Source: Endomicrobiales bacterium (GTDB lineage: Bacteria > Elusimicrobiota > Endomicrobiia > Endomicrobiales > JALOBY01). From it: a stretch of 64,000 nt of DNA. The notes under the pieces are model-generated. The model searched no databases, was not told where the DNA came from, and saw only the letters and a list, made by a program, of their open reading frames with translations. The stretch covers positions 1 to 64,000 of the forward strand of contig CAWCNJ010000007.1 of the NCBI GenBank assembly GCA_963796955.1, in the 5' to 3' direction. The translations under genes were made by a program, and so were the position numbers. This document shows positions 17,637 to 28,296 of the stretch, piece after piece (position 1 is the first letter of the stretch; each line of letters opens with the position of its first letter).

Positions 17637-20228
17637 TCATCGCACCACTATCAGCTTGCCTGTTTTTGCTCCGTCGGAAGACTTTACCTCCCACAGATAT
17701 ACACCGCTTGCCACAGTCGCATTATCATCGTTCCTGCCGTCCCAGGTTACCTGGAACGATAACGGGTTGTTTACCACAATGTGGCGCACCAGATCGCCTT
17801 TAATGGTATAAATGTAGAGATCGCCCTTTTGAGGCATTCCCGCAAAAGTAATGCCGTCCGTAAGGTTGCCCAATTGCGGCCTGCCGCTTTCAGGAGCCCA
17901 CGGCACCGGGAAGCATTTAACATCTCCCACCGCGAGGTTCAGCGCTCCCATAAGGGCGAATGTGCTTAGGTGTGTCACCGTGGCCCGCACTACCTTATGG
18001 ACCGTGTCAACAACAGAGGGAAGTTTCATCCAGTAGCTCCTTGTTTCATCCAGCGTCCAGATATTTAATTCGTTTACCGGTGTGTTTATGCCGTCTACAA
18101 TGTCAACGCCATTGTGGACAGCGCTCGTGTAAGACATGGAGATCGTAAGCGGAGAGCGTAGCGTTCCGGTTATTCTTCTATCGCCTGCATCGTACAGGTC
18201 GCATTCGAAAAACCATGCCGGCGAAAGTTGTGAGTCCTTGCGGTTTGCGGCGGTAATACCGGCATCTATGCCGGATACGACCGGTAAGGCCTCCGGTGTC
18301 GGGCTGTAGACCACATAAGAATTATAGTCCAATGTTTTCTTTGGTATCGTTACTCCGGCGTGTTGCGTTGGCGACCGGTCGAACAGGATCGATATCTCAT
18401 TGTCAACATCGGTAATGCTTGTGTGTATCTCGGTCTGGTAGGAGCTGGATAATGGATTGCCAACCAGGTCGGTACAGGCTGTGCCGACCGTAAGTTCGTA
18501 AATTGAATTTTGAAGGAAAGTCGCCGTTATCTGCAAACTGTCATTTTGCCTGCCCAGGGCCGGGTCCGCACCTTGCAGCGCGGGGAGATAATTAAGCGTC
18601 GGTACAACGGGGGTTTGTGTGCGCATTCCCACGCTGTTTTGTATCATGGTTAAAGTGATATTTGCGCCATTTATCGTAGAGGTGTCCATGGGTTCGCTAA
18701 ACGGCAGGATATATGTTTCCCCGGCCTGCACACCGTACGCGTTGCCGTTGTAGGCTGATCCGTTCTTTGTTGTTCCGTTGGTTATGGTAATATTAGAGGT
18801 CAATATTTTTGGAGCTGTTTTATCATGGGAATAGACCAGCGTAAAACTTTGCGGTTGTGAATATCTCCCCTGGTCGTCAAGGGCCCTTACTTTAAAATAA
18901 TAATATTGATCACTCGATCCGTCGGGTATATTGATGACCCAGAAAGCTGAGGTATTGGTTATTATGCCTTGCGGCGCGAAAGTGGTCGACGATATTATGA
19001 AGTTCCAATTCTTGTCAATGGCGGCGGATGCATCGCTTTCATCGGTAGCGTTCCAGTAGATCTCAAATCTTGTGATCGTGTGCGATGCGTAAGCGACCTT
19101 CCATGAAAATAGAGAAGTAGCCGCCTGCGAAGGCTCATAGGTGTTTATCACCCTCTTATACGGGGGGCCCTCTGTACAGACAAGATCGCTCAATCTCGGC
19201 ACCGAGATATTAAGGGTCTGTACGGCTTTACGCGTGTAGCCTGATAGTACCCCGTTGTTATTTCTTGCGAAAAAGTCGTAGTAATACGTCGTATTGGGTA
19301 GAAGCTGCGTGTGTGTCCATGTTGAGGGGAATATCAGAGTATCATCGGATCCTTGTGTTTGCCACCACGGGAATGCCGTCTCCTGGCCGGCAGAACTCGT
19401 CATAGCGGGAAGCCAGTTCTCGGTCGTATCCTTATTATTGGTAACGCGGACCGCATATGCCGTGCCCGGTGAGTTAGGCGTGGTCCCGGTTTCAACGATA
19501 AGATCAAAGATGCCGTTTACCTGCGTCCAGCTGCTGACAATAACAAGCATGGAGGGATCTATCTGTGCCGCGGCGGTATACACAAGGCTATTGCCGACGA
19601 ACGGGCTGTGGTCGCCGGTTTGCGACACGGCAGCAATACTGACGTTCCAGCCGCTATTGGGTGTTGGTGTAATGCCTCCAAGGTTTGAAGAAAGGGTGAA
19701 AGAAGGGTTCGGTACGAGTAATTGAGATCCCATCACCTGAGGGTATGGCGCGTATTGAACAATGTATCCGGAGATCTGCGGTGAAAGTAATGCGCTTGGC
19801 GCCGGCGAGCCGCTGGAGGGGCCTTCGCCGTCAACGGTCGTGCTTGCTGCGACCCGTATATACACCGTGGTTGGAACAGGCGAATCTGCGGCATACCAGT
19901 TTATCGTAAAAGTTCCGGTGGTCCGTTGTATAGAATTAACCGCAATACCGGAACCGGTCGGTTTATTGCAAATATAGCTGGTTGTGTACGAAGTAGCCAG
20001 AGTGGTTGTCAACAATTTGTAGCAGGAATCAACATCGGCGGATGCGGTGTAAATGTTGTAGTAAACAGTTCCGGTACCGCCGGTTGCCGCGGGATATGCG
20101 ATTGTTACGGTGCTGACATACGTAACCGATACTGCCGGCTGCACCACGTCCAGCGCCGCTAAAAGCGAAGCGGAGCCGGCAATAAGCACGACGATAGATA
20201 ATAGTGCTCGGCGAATAGTTTTATTCAT
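17637..20228 (-). CDS. Secreted protein with FN3/Ig-like domains and a FlgD/T9SS-like C-terminal domain
   Basis: Signal peptide; YYFKVRALD; FSEPMD (Big_5-like); VTHLSTFAL; CFPVPW..IYTIKGDLVR..WDGRNDD..VASGVYLW..KLIVVR. Confidence 0.8.
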   Translation of the reverse strand: MNKTIRRALLSIVVLIAGSASLLAALDVVQPAVSVTYVSTVTIAYPAATGGTGTVYYNIYTASADVDSCYKLLTTTLATSYTTSYICNKPTGSGIAVNSIQRTTGTFTINWYAADSPVPTTVYIRVAASTTVDGEGPSSGSPAPSALLSPQISGYIVQYAPYPQVMGSQLLVPNPSFTLSSNLGGITPTPNSGWNVSIAAVSQTGDHSPFVGNSLVYTAAAQIDPSMLVIVSSWTQVNGIFDLIVETGTTPNSPGTAYAVRVTNNKDTTENWLPAMTSSAGQETAFPWWQTQGSDDTLIFPSTWTHTQLLPNTTYYYDFFARNNNGVLSGYTRKAVQTLNISVPRLSDLVCTEGPPYKRVINTYEPSQAATSLFSWKVAYASHTITRFEIYWNATDESDASAAIDKNWNFIISSTTFAPQGIITNTSAFWVINIPDGSSDQYYYFKVRALDDQGRYSQPQSFTLVYSHDKTAPKILTSNITITNGTTKNGSAYNGNAYGVQAGETYILPFSEPMDTSTINGANITLTMIQNSVGMRTQTPVVPTLNYLPALQGADPALGRQNDSLQITATFLQNSIYELTVGTACTDLVGNPLSSSYQTEIHTSITDVDNEISILFDRSPTQHAGVTIPKKTLDYNSYVVYSPTPEALPVVSGIDAGITAANRKDSQLSPAWFFECDLYDAGDRRITGTLRSPLTISMSYTSAVHNGVDIVDGINTPVNELNIWTLDETRSYWMKLPSVVDTVHKVVRATVTHLSTFALMGALNLAVGDVKCFPVPWAPESGRPQLGNLTDGITFAGMPQKGDLYIYTIKGDLVRHIVVNNPLSFQVTWDGRNDDNATVASGVYLWEVKSSDGAKTGKLIVVR

Positions 20229-20237
20229 GATATACGA

Positions 20238-22374
20238 TCATTTAATTCTTTCCAAAGCCCTGATGGCTTCTTCTTTATTCGGTTTAAAGTTTATTGAGGC
20301 GCGGAAATTGGTACGGGCGTTTTCAAGATCGCCTTTCGAATAAAAGTCCATTCCTTTCTGGTAGTACTGTCCCGACAGCACTTCGGCCATGCGGTCCTTT
20401 TCAACCTTGGCAGAGGTGTTCTCCGCGTTATAGTTAATGGCCTTGCGGTAATTGTCGTAGGCGTCCTCAAATTTATTGCGCTGATACAGGCTGTAGGCTT
20501 CTTTGTAATAGTAGTCGCTTATCGCGCTGTTGCACGAGGCGATATATTTCTCCGAGTCGATCTTTATATCGTTCATTTTATATTTAACGGCCAGGTCGTG
20601 AGTTTTAGTGAACCATTCAAGCGCTTTAAAGTTGTTGTTCTTTTCAAAGGCGCTCAGAGCGGTTTTATAGGCATCGTCCAGCTCGGCCTTGATGGTATCC
20701 TGTTCTTTTGACATCTTTTCTTTGTAGGCCTGGTCCGTTTCTTCCTTTATCGCATCCTGGCAGCGCTGCGCGTAATCTTTCGCGTCCTGACGGTTCGGGG
20801 AAGATATGGAAACGGCCTCGAAGTATTTTTGGGCCATTGCATATTTACCGTGCTTGTAGAAAGTTACGCCCATATCGAACAGCGCCGTGATCTGGTTTGC
20901 CGTTATTGTCGCCAACTGGTTGGTTATTTCCGTCAAATAAGATTTAGTGGCCTCATTTTCGGGGTCAATGACCAGTATTTCCTTGAATTTGTCCTCGGAT
21001 TCCACATAATGGCCCCCTTTGAACAGCTTAACCGCCTCGTCCCAGATGTCGTGGATCTTTTTGAAGTTGGTTTTGCGGGTTTCATCCAGGTGCACCTTAT
21101 CCATTTCCTTGCTCACGTTGCTCAGGCCCGCTTCCGCGCGCGGGTTGTCATGATCGATGTTGATTATCGAATTATAAGCTTTTTGCGCGTTAACCAGGTC
21201 ATGGCGCAGCAGTGCGGTATCGGCCCTGCGGAAATATTTGTCCATCAGAGCCTGCTTGCGCTGCCACTCGTCGTTAAGAGCCTTGTCTATCAGCCCCAGG
21301 TATTCTTTCGCAGGCGCGAAATCCGGATACAGGCCCAGCACTTCTTCCAGCTTCTGTCGGCAGCCGATATAATCCTGCTGATGGAAACATTCCTTCGCTT
21401 CTTCAAAATGGTATTTTAAATAATAATCGGCGGCGCTTTCGGGTTTTGAAAAATCCCCAATAGCTACCTCAAGCCCGATGTGTTGCGTGGGGGAGAATTC
21501 GCTGAACGGCGAATAGGCGTAGTTCAATGTAAAGGCGCCGAATTCAAAGCCTACGCCGGCGCGCACGCCGGACGAAAGAGAATCCTGTTGCTGCACCCAT
21601 CCTCCCCGCAGCGTCACGAAATAGGCCGGCTTCGCGCTTAATCCAAAGGAAAATACGGGGTTGCCGTAGACGGGTGATTCATAATCTACCGTCGCGGCAA
21701 GGCTGCGCCAGCTCTGCCTGGTATAGCTGAGCCCGGTATTAAAAGAAGCGGGAAGCGGACTAATGATAGAAATGTATTTCATGCTTCCGATAAGATTTTT
21801 GTACACCGCACCGAACGTTAACCCGTTGATATATGGAATGCGGTAGTCCGCCCCGAGGTCAACTGCAAGGGTTTCACTGTTGTAGTCACCCAGTGACGAA
21901 CGAATAAATTTGAAATTGGCACCGATATCGCCGTAGTCTTTCTCAAGCGGGATCAGTGTTCTTATAGGTATAGCATAGGTAACATTCGCGGACATATCGG
22001 CGGGGGTAGCAAGATCGTATGTGGATGCGTCGTTATAGTAGCCCTGTATCGCGCCGTAATTCAGGTATATCGCGGAAATTCCTACAACGCCGTAAGGTGT
22101 AGGCACGCCCACGCCCGCGAAACTATAGTTCATGTTCTCCGGCAGGGCCATGTAGGCAAGAGACAGTGTTGAGCGGTTAAGGCCCGCAAGCCCGGCGGGG
22201 TTACAAAACACCATTCCAGGGGAGGCCAAGCGCCGTGCAGCCCTCTCCCATCGCGACACCGACGGGGTCCGGTACGTATTGCATGAAATCTGCGGTGGTG
22301 GTTCCGGCGGAAGTCGCGAACAGTTGGGAATAGGCAATTGTCGAGAGAATACCCAGAATGGCCAATCGTTTCAT
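20238..22374 (-). CDS. PorV/PorQ-family barrel with TPR repeats, frameshifted near the 5' end
   Basis: ATG 22374 preceded by GGAG gives MKRLAILGIL..AMGEGCTAL. One frameshift at ~22219-22228 joins it to ..GMVFCNPAGL and the 699-aa frame (barrel end LNYAYSP..HIG, then TPRs). Confidence 0.8.
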
Positions 22375-22432
22375 TTTCGCTCCAGGAATAATAGTGCTAA
22401 AAAGACCCGCGCATATACTGTGACGTAACGAT

Positions 22433-22462
22433 AGTATAATCGAAAACACATTCAAACGTCAA
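22433..22462 (-). promoter_or_regulatory. Sigma70 promoter for the minus-strand PorV operon
   Basis: TTGACG, 18 bp, TATACT on the minus strand. Confidence 0.55.
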
Positions 22463-22598
22463 GGTAAATTGTACGATGATGATTGACAGCAGTTTCAACT
22501 CTCAATTTGTCTTATCGGGACTTTGGCACTATCGCTGTGCGGGAAATGTTTGCGGAGTATGCGTCTCCATGATCAAGAAATTCATGCAGAACCGATTT

Positions 22599-22659
22599 AA
22601 ATTTCACAATAATTTCACATCTATTTCATTTCAATTCCTAACTATTACACTATTATAAT
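22599..22659 (+). promoter_or_regulatory. 11-bp-periodic TTTCAC box array plus -10
   Basis: atttcac 22601, atttcac 22612, atttcat 22623, attccta 22634; TATAAT at 22654. Confidence 0.7.
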
Positions 22660-22690
22660 AACGGGTATCAGCAGCACAGCGAGGCTCATT

Positions 22691-23890
22691 ATGAAGCTGT
22701 TACACGGTGTTATCAGCTCGGTCGTTATTATGGCGCTCACCGTCCAGGTGGGTCGGGCTGATCTATTCCCGACGACACCGCCGGAGGCGTCAGCCGGCCC
22801 CGATGTCGGCCGTCCCTATCAGGACCTTGCCTCCTACGGTAAGCCCGACCAGATGGCAGACATATTGCCGAACCGTCCGGTGGCGGCACACGATCAGAGC
22901 GGTAACAGACTTTTCTATTCTCCCTCGGGCAAGCTGATGCTGACGATCGCGCTTGACGGAACGGAAACGTTTTCGATCAACAACAAGACCGTCACCAGAG
23001 ATGCGCATGGCAAAATTAAATCCGTCGCGCAGCTCGCGGTGGGTGACAATCATAAACTTATAATCACGGATGGCGATGGTAACGTTACCGGCACCCAAAC
23101 GCTGAACTCGCTGGGGCAGGAAACGGCCTCCTACGACGCCAACGGGAATTTAACCCAATTGTTTACCTACAACCAATTCGGCAAAAAGGTAGCCTCGGTG
23201 CTTAACGTGATGTCAATGACAAAAACTGTTTACGATAACCGCGGCCTGCCAAGCTATGAAGTGAATTTTGAGGGCGCCAAATGCGCCACGTATGTGTACG
23301 ACCCGACTACCGGGCGTTTAGCCTATAAGTTAGATTCCGACGGCAGTAAAACATTTTTCACCAGGGAAGGGCGCACGGACTATACCGAAGGCCCCGGGGG
23401 AGCTAAGCTGGCGGAGTATATATATAAGGTTGACGCAAAGGGCAATTCCGTATTGGATCATACCTTAAGCGTAGCCAACGACCTGACCCATGGTGATATT
23501 ACCTATTATAAGGACGGTAAACCGCAGTACACCGTAAGCAACATGGGAGACCGCGTAACGGACTACCAATTCAACGGAGATATACTTATTTACACCTTCG
23601 ACCACCGGTCACAGCAAACCACCTACTACGATAAAACAGGCCGCGCAATGTTCGCTTCCATGGATGATAACAAGGTGGAAGAGTGGATATATGACTCCAA
23701 CGGCCGCATGATGGGCCTGCATGACCTGGTGCATAATACCTTAACCATCTACCAGTACGAACGCCAGGCGGTGACATTGCAGCTGCAGGCCGGCACGGCT
23801 ATCCCGACGGGGGACCAGCTTGCAAAGGCGTATCAGGACCTTTCACCGCAGGCACAGACGGCCATTCAGGACCGCGTAAGCGGTAATTGA
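22691..23890 (+). CDS. Secreted protein with YD/RHS-like beta-hairpin repeats
   Basis: GAGG SD; signal peptide; YDANGNL, YNQFG, YDNRG, YDPTTGRL, YDKTGR, YDSNGR. Confidence 0.7.
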   Translation: MKLLHGVISSVVIMALTVQVGRADLFPTTPPEASAGPDVGRPYQDLASYGKPDQMADILPNRPVAAHDQSGNRLFYSPSGKLMLTIALDGTETFSINNKTVTRDAHGKIKSVAQLAVGDNHKLIITDGDGNVTGTQTLNSLGQETASYDANGNLTQLFTYNQFGKKVASVLNVMSMTKTVYDNRGLPSYEVNFEGAKCATYVYDPTTGRLAYKLDSDGSKTFFTREGRTDYTEGPGGAKLAEYIYKVDAKGNSVLDHTLSVANDLTHGDITYYKDGKPQYTVSNMGDRVTDYQFNGDILIYTFDHRSQQTTYYDKTGRAMFASMDDNKVEEWIYDSNGRMMGLHDLVHNTLTIYQYERQAVTLQLQAGTAIPTGDQLAKAYQDLSPQAQTAIQDRVSGN

Positions 23891-23891
23891 T

Positions 23892-23947
23892 GTTTCACAA
23901 ATATTTTTCAAGCAGTTCATACGGATTACTTAGGTGCAAAGTACAAT
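23892..23947 (+). promoter_or_regulatory. 11-bp-periodic box array plus -10
   Basis: gtttcac 23892, atttttc 23903, agttcat 23914, attactt 23925; TACAAT at 23942. Confidence 0.5.
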
Positions 23948-24074
23948 TATGGTGAGGAAATCCATAATACATATCTTCCGGAGGTGTAGCATGAAACAGT
24001 AGCGTAGGCAAGGAAAATGGAATGCAGGCGGCTTATACAGATACAGTGTGAAAACAAAAACGGAGGTAAGTGTC

Positions 24075-25514
24075 ATGAAAAATAAAAAAGTACTCTTAGC
24101 GGCATTAATGCTTTCAATGCTCTGCTGGATCCAGCTCTCGGCTGTACAGGTGGGTGTTGATTCCAAGACCGGACTTCGCCAGGAAACAATGGATGACGGT
24201 ACGGTTATAAAGTTTTATGGCAACCAGGAGTTATCGGAACAGGGCCCCGGCGGCAACGGGTCGAACAGCACGGTCTCTCACTTTGACCCTCAGGGCAATC
24301 TTTCATACGTTACCGATGCGACAAGCGGCTTGGTTATAGAAACATTCACTTACGATCCTAAAACAGGGGCGCGCGTGAAAGCTGATCAATTGGGCCAGAA
24401 TGGGAAACCGGGATCGACCACTTTTTATTTTCCTTCGGGCACGAACATTCAGGTGGCAGATGCGACCGATAAAACGACCGGTAATGCGATACATTTCAAT
24501 TCGCTGGCTGACTATAATGCTTATCTGGCCGCGAATTTTCCCGGCGCCAGTGTTAATGTCGACGCAAACGGTATGCCTGTTATTACCAGCCCCGATGCCG
24601 GGATCACCGGTGATGTGCCGGGCTGTACGATAACGATAGGCGCTGCCGCTCTAACCGGATTAAGCCAGGGACAAGTTGCAGATCGTTTGTTCGGTGGGCA
24701 CGGCGATATGGCTATGGCCGCTGCGGCGAGATTAATGGATGAGATCGGCTCTACAGGCACGGCGCAACTTACGCTTGGGAACAAGACGAACGCGGAAAAT
24801 GCCCAGAAGCCCCAGCTTGGCGAGATCGATACCCTGACAGATCCTAATACGACACAGGCGGACCCCAACGGCGGCCCAGACATTACTCTCACTCATACAC
24901 ATACCGAGGCCCTGACAAAAACAGGCGGGAACACTTGGGATGCCAGTCAGGGTGTTGGAGCGTTTTGTGTTGTCAAAGTCGACATTCAAAATGCCGGCAC
25001 CACCACCAATGGCATTACTATGGATACTTTTCATCCGTTCACGCCGTCGGCAGCAGGGGTAGTACCTACCGGCCTTAATAAGGCTGGACAGGCAAATGTA
25101 ACCATCAATGGAACTGTTCGAGGCACAACGGTCATAGATGGAAAGACCTACATAGTTATGGACAATTGCAGCGTAGATTTCGGCGGTGGCCCCAATGCAG
25201 GCGGCAACGGCACCACGATCTATGTCGCGCTTCCTGACGGTGCAAACGCTGCCGACTATCAGCCCGGCGGAGACATGAATGGCGGCACAATGAGCGTTAC
25301 GGGCAGAGTCACGCTTGATCCTAGCGGCCAGGGCAGACATATGATGACCGATATGGGAAATAACGGTCTTCACCCCTATGCCGCGGCGGGTTTCTCGTCC
25401 AGCTATCTTACGGATATGGCGACCAACTACGCGAACGGACTTGGTAAACTGGATATGAGCATGTGGGAATCGGGCTGGAACACGCTTGCCATAACCAGTG
25501 CTAACGACTTCTAA
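24075..25514 (+). CDS. Secreted Gly/Thr-rich hypothetical protein with N-terminal YD-like hairpins
   Basis: GGAGGT SD before ATG 24075; signal peptide; FDPQGNL, TYDPKTG. Confidence 0.7.
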   Translation: MKNKKVLLAALMLSMLCWIQLSAVQVGVDSKTGLRQETMDDGTVIKFYGNQELSEQGPGGNGSNSTVSHFDPQGNLSYVTDATSGLVIETFTYDPKTGARVKADQLGQNGKPGSTTFYFPSGTNIQVADATDKTTGNAIHFNSLADYNAYLAANFPGASVNVDANGMPVITSPDAGITGDVPGCTITIGAAALTGLSQGQVADRLFGGHGDMAMAAAARLMDEIGSTGTAQLTLGNKTNAENAQKPQLGEIDTLTDPNTTQADPNGGPDITLTHTHTEALTKTGGNTWDASQGVGAFCVVKVDIQNAGTTTNGITMDTFHPFTPSAAGVVPTGLNKAGQANVTINGTVRGTTVIDGKTYIVMDNCSVDFGGGPNAGGNGTTIYVALPDGANAADYQPGGDMNGGTMSVTGRVTLDPSGQGRHMMTDMGNNGLHPYAAAGFSSSYLTDMATNYANGLGKLDMSMWESGWNTLAITSANDF

Positions 25515-25536
25515 TACCCTTTGATTGGGATCTTCA

Positions 25537-25569
25537 AGAAGGCAGGCCGCCGTTAGCGGCCTGCCTTCT
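25537..25569 (+). terminator. Intrinsic terminator-like hairpin
   Basis: agaaggcaggccgc-cgtta-gcggcctgccttct, 14-bp stem. Confidence 0.75.
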
Positions 25570-25591
25570 ACTGTTTTAAATCGCAATATCA

Positions 25592-25620
25592 TTGACTTTT
25601 TAACGCTAATCCTGTATAGT
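25592..25620 (+). promoter_or_regulatory. Sigma70 promoter
   Basis: TTGACT, 17 bp, TATAGT. Confidence 0.6.
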
Positions 25621-25648
25621 TAAGCAGTAATAAAAACACCCGGGAGGC

Positions 25649-26464
25649 ATGCCAATGGCAGAAAAAAAGGTCAGCTATGTTCAGGTAACGTTGGTGGTTA
25701 TAGTAATTATCGGATTGCTGGTTGGCATAGTGCCCTGGCTTGTGGGCGAATACATGGACAAGTTCGTAAAAGTACGCACGGTGCATAACGTTGCGATGTT
25801 CGCCAAAGTTTCCGGCAATATATCCGAGGAGAAAAGCGGCAATACTCCTGTCGTTGTGATAACGAACGCAGCCGGTAAAATTTATGTATTACAAGGGAAC
25901 AATCTTGATGCTGTGAAGAAGTACAAAGGCAAACATTTAGAGGTGTTTGGTAAGATCACGGAATCAAAGCCCGTTGCAATAGCGATCAACGGCAAGCCGG
26001 TGCCTGTTAGCTTTGATATAGATGTCTCCAAGATGTCCGACAAGGAACTTGCTGTCGGCAGGCCTACTACGCCTGAAGAACTTGCCGCTAATAAAGCAAG
26101 GTACGAAGATCAAAAGGCGTTTCAGGAAGCTACACTTGCTAAGCTGCACTTAAAAGGCCAGGATGTTATAAAAGGTAAACTTTCATTCGCAAAATACAAA
26201 AATACAAAAACCGGCAAAGACGGAATGGTGGTAATGCTGATCGATAAGTACAACATACGGCACATTGTGGTTGGGCAACCGATGCTGCCGATCATAAAAA
26301 AACCGCAGTTGTATAAAGATAATGATCTAGTTCTTATCGGTCACGATTATGATGACAGACTGCCGGGAGTGCCTGAAGAGCCGGGTGTGAACACCTTCCG
26401 CGTAAGGCGCGCCTGCTTTGACAACCTGGAAGAGATACGGGACCTCGCCAAAGAGAACAAATAG
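25649..26464 (+). CDS. Membrane-anchored hypothetical protein, possibly two OB-fold-like domains
   Basis: GGAGG SD; one N-terminal TM helix; Lys-rich beta domains. Confidence 0.65.
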   Translation: MPMAEKKVSYVQVTLVVIVIIGLLVGIVPWLVGEYMDKFVKVRTVHNVAMFAKVSGNISEEKSGNTPVVVITNAAGKIYVLQGNNLDAVKKYKGKHLEVFGKITESKPVAIAINGKPVPVSFDIDVSKMSDKELAVGRPTTPEELAANKARYEDQKAFQEATLAKLHLKGQDVIKGKLSFAKYKNTKTGKDGMVVMLIDKYNIRHIVVGQPMLPIIKKPQLYKDNDLVLIGHDYDDRLPGVPEEPGVNTFRVRRACFDNLEEIRDLAKENK

Positions 26465-26502
26465 TATATCAAGCCGTTGTATCAGGCGGAAATATAACAA
26501 AT

Positions 26503-26541
26503 AAAAACAAGAACTCGGTATGTGCCGGGTTCTTGTTTTTT
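26503..26541. terminator. Bidirectional intrinsic terminator
   Basis: aaaaacaagaactcgg..ccgggttcttgttttt between convergent genes. Confidence 0.8.
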
Positions 26542-26557
26542 ATCGGATGTGAGCCGC

Positions 26558-28237
26558 TCAAAGCGTTAGTTCGGATATACGCATGAAACTGTCTCCATCT
26601 TTCAACTCGGAGATGGTTCTTTGCTTGAAGCCATCGGGCAAAAACTCCCTTCCCTTGGGCAGTCCCATATCAATGTCAATGTCCTGAATAGCGTAAATAT
26701 GTTCAAAACGATGGATCCTGAGCCCATCCTGCAGAATCACGCCGTATTTTGTAGCGTAGGCAAAGTCTACTGCCCCATAATTGTTCACTGCGATCATGCC
26801 GGGCCATTTGGTGATCACAAGGATATTGTCCGAACCCTGCTTTCTCAGGAAATCCATTTCATAGCGGTACGCCCTCGGCAGACTCAGGCTGTTGGAAAAA
26901 CGGTTTTCTATAGAAACGGGGTTGTATAATAAAAATAGAGCCGCTGAGACAACTATCGCCGGCACACCGCTGTTGCCTTTTAATGCATCGAACAGGCGTG
27001 CGGTATACATGACGCACAATAGCGATAATACCAGCGATGTAAGGCAGAAAAACCTGCACGACACCGGTTGAATGGGGTTGCCGAAGTAATAGGCGTTAAC
27101 TGTCACCCAGTGCGCCGCAAAGCATAGAAGCGCTATATAGGCAAAGTTCCTGTTGCTTTGTCCCAAAGGCCATACATCGTAAATGAACATTAATAAAAAG
27201 TAGAGGCCGCCCAGTATGCCCAGTATGTTGATGAGTGAGGCGTACGGGTAATAATAGTTGAAATTATAGAGCGTTTTCAAGAACAAGGTTGAATGCTTAA
27301 TTAAATGCAGGACAGAGAAAACGGCGACGCCCGGCGGGTTCTCATAATTGGTGTGCAGGCAGAAGCGCTGCCAGAAAACAGGCAGCATTAAAAAAGGTGT
27401 GATATAAATAATAGCTGAATTGATAAAACGCATTCTTATTTGCTTCAGCGCAAGCAGCAGCGGAATGATCACCAATATAAAAAGCAAGCCATCGTAGCGA
27501 CTATTCGCAAGCATCAGCAGCGTTACCCAAAGCAGGATAAATGTGTCTTCATTAGGGTTCTTTAGGTAACTATACAGGCAGATAAAAGCAGCCACGATAA
27601 ATACGACCATTAACAAATCGAAGCCCGCTGAAGCGGCCGTCTGGGCGATGACCGGCTGTGCCGCTACCAGCAGTGTGGCGCAGTACGCGCAGACGGAGTT
27701 CAATCGCTTGCCGACAACCACAAAAACCATCGATAATAACGAGAACAGCAGGATAAAATTTACCACAAAGGGGTTTTCTACCCTGTAGCCGGTAAGCGTA
27801 TGCACCGTGTACGTTAAAAAGGGGAACAAGAAGGGGCGTTTTTCCTGCTCCTTTGAAAACGAGTAGTAATTGTTGTAGTACCACTCTCCCATGGTGGAGT
27901 TGTCAACTTTCTTTTCGTAGAGCATTGATTTTGAAACAGCCAGCAGGTTGGTCTCGTCGCATAAAACCCTGAAGTATGGTTTTGCGGTAACAAAAATTAT
28001 GCCCGTCATAAGCAAGCAGAACAATAGCCCATGCCAGTACATTTTTATGAACAGGGGAAGTTTAAAGCCGGTTTTTATTAAATAGTTAACGGTCACGGCC
28101 ACCCAGCATATGAACAACGCCAGGATACAATAAAATGACAGGTTTAAATAACAGGCATCAAGGAGGGGTTTTTTGAAAAAGGTAAAGGCAGCAAGCAATA
28201 GCGAGGCGCCGAAAATGAGCAGCGACGTTATTTTCAT
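26558..28237 (-). CDS. GT-C-like polytopic membrane protein, paralog A
   Basis: Many TM helices; FRVLCDETN, KRPFLFP, RYDG. Confidence 0.65.
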   Translation of the reverse strand: MKITSLLIFGASLLLAAFTFFKKPLLDACYLNLSFYCILALFICWVAVTVNYLIKTGFKLPLFIKMYWHGLLFCLLMTGIIFVTAKPYFRVLCDETNLLAVSKSMLYEKKVDNSTMGEWYYNNYYSFSKEQEKRPFLFPFLTYTVHTLTGYRVENPFVVNFILLFSLLSMVFVVVGKRLNSVCAYCATLLVAAQPVIAQTAASAGFDLLMVVFIVAAFICLYSYLKNPNEDTFILLWVTLLMLANSRYDGLLFILVIIPLLLALKQIRMRFINSAIIYITPFLMLPVFWQRFCLHTNYENPPGVAVFSVLHLIKHSTLFLKTLYNFNYYYPYASLINILGILGGLYFLLMFIYDVWPLGQSNRNFAYIALLCFAAHWVTVNAYYFGNPIQPVSCRFFCLTSLVLSLLCVMYTARLFDALKGNSGVPAIVVSAALFLLYNPVSIENRFSNSLSLPRAYRYEMDFLRKQGSDNILVITKWPGMIAVNNYGAVDFAYATKYGVILQDGLRIHRFEHIYAIQDIDIDMGLPKGREFLPDGFKQRTISELKDGDSFMRISELTL

Positions 28238-28296
28238 ACCCAAATAATACCATAGATGCGTAAAAATGTAAACAACTTCCCGAGCCTCCGGCGCGA

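Noticed and set aside
22201..22455. Separate 84-aa gene
   Set aside because: It is the frameshifted signal-peptide portion of the PorV-TPR gene.
24732..25592. Long antisense ORFs (286 aa here; also 7746..8534, 34912..35622, 47736..48539)
   Set aside because: Shadows of well-supported genes on the opposite strand, with no motifs of their own.
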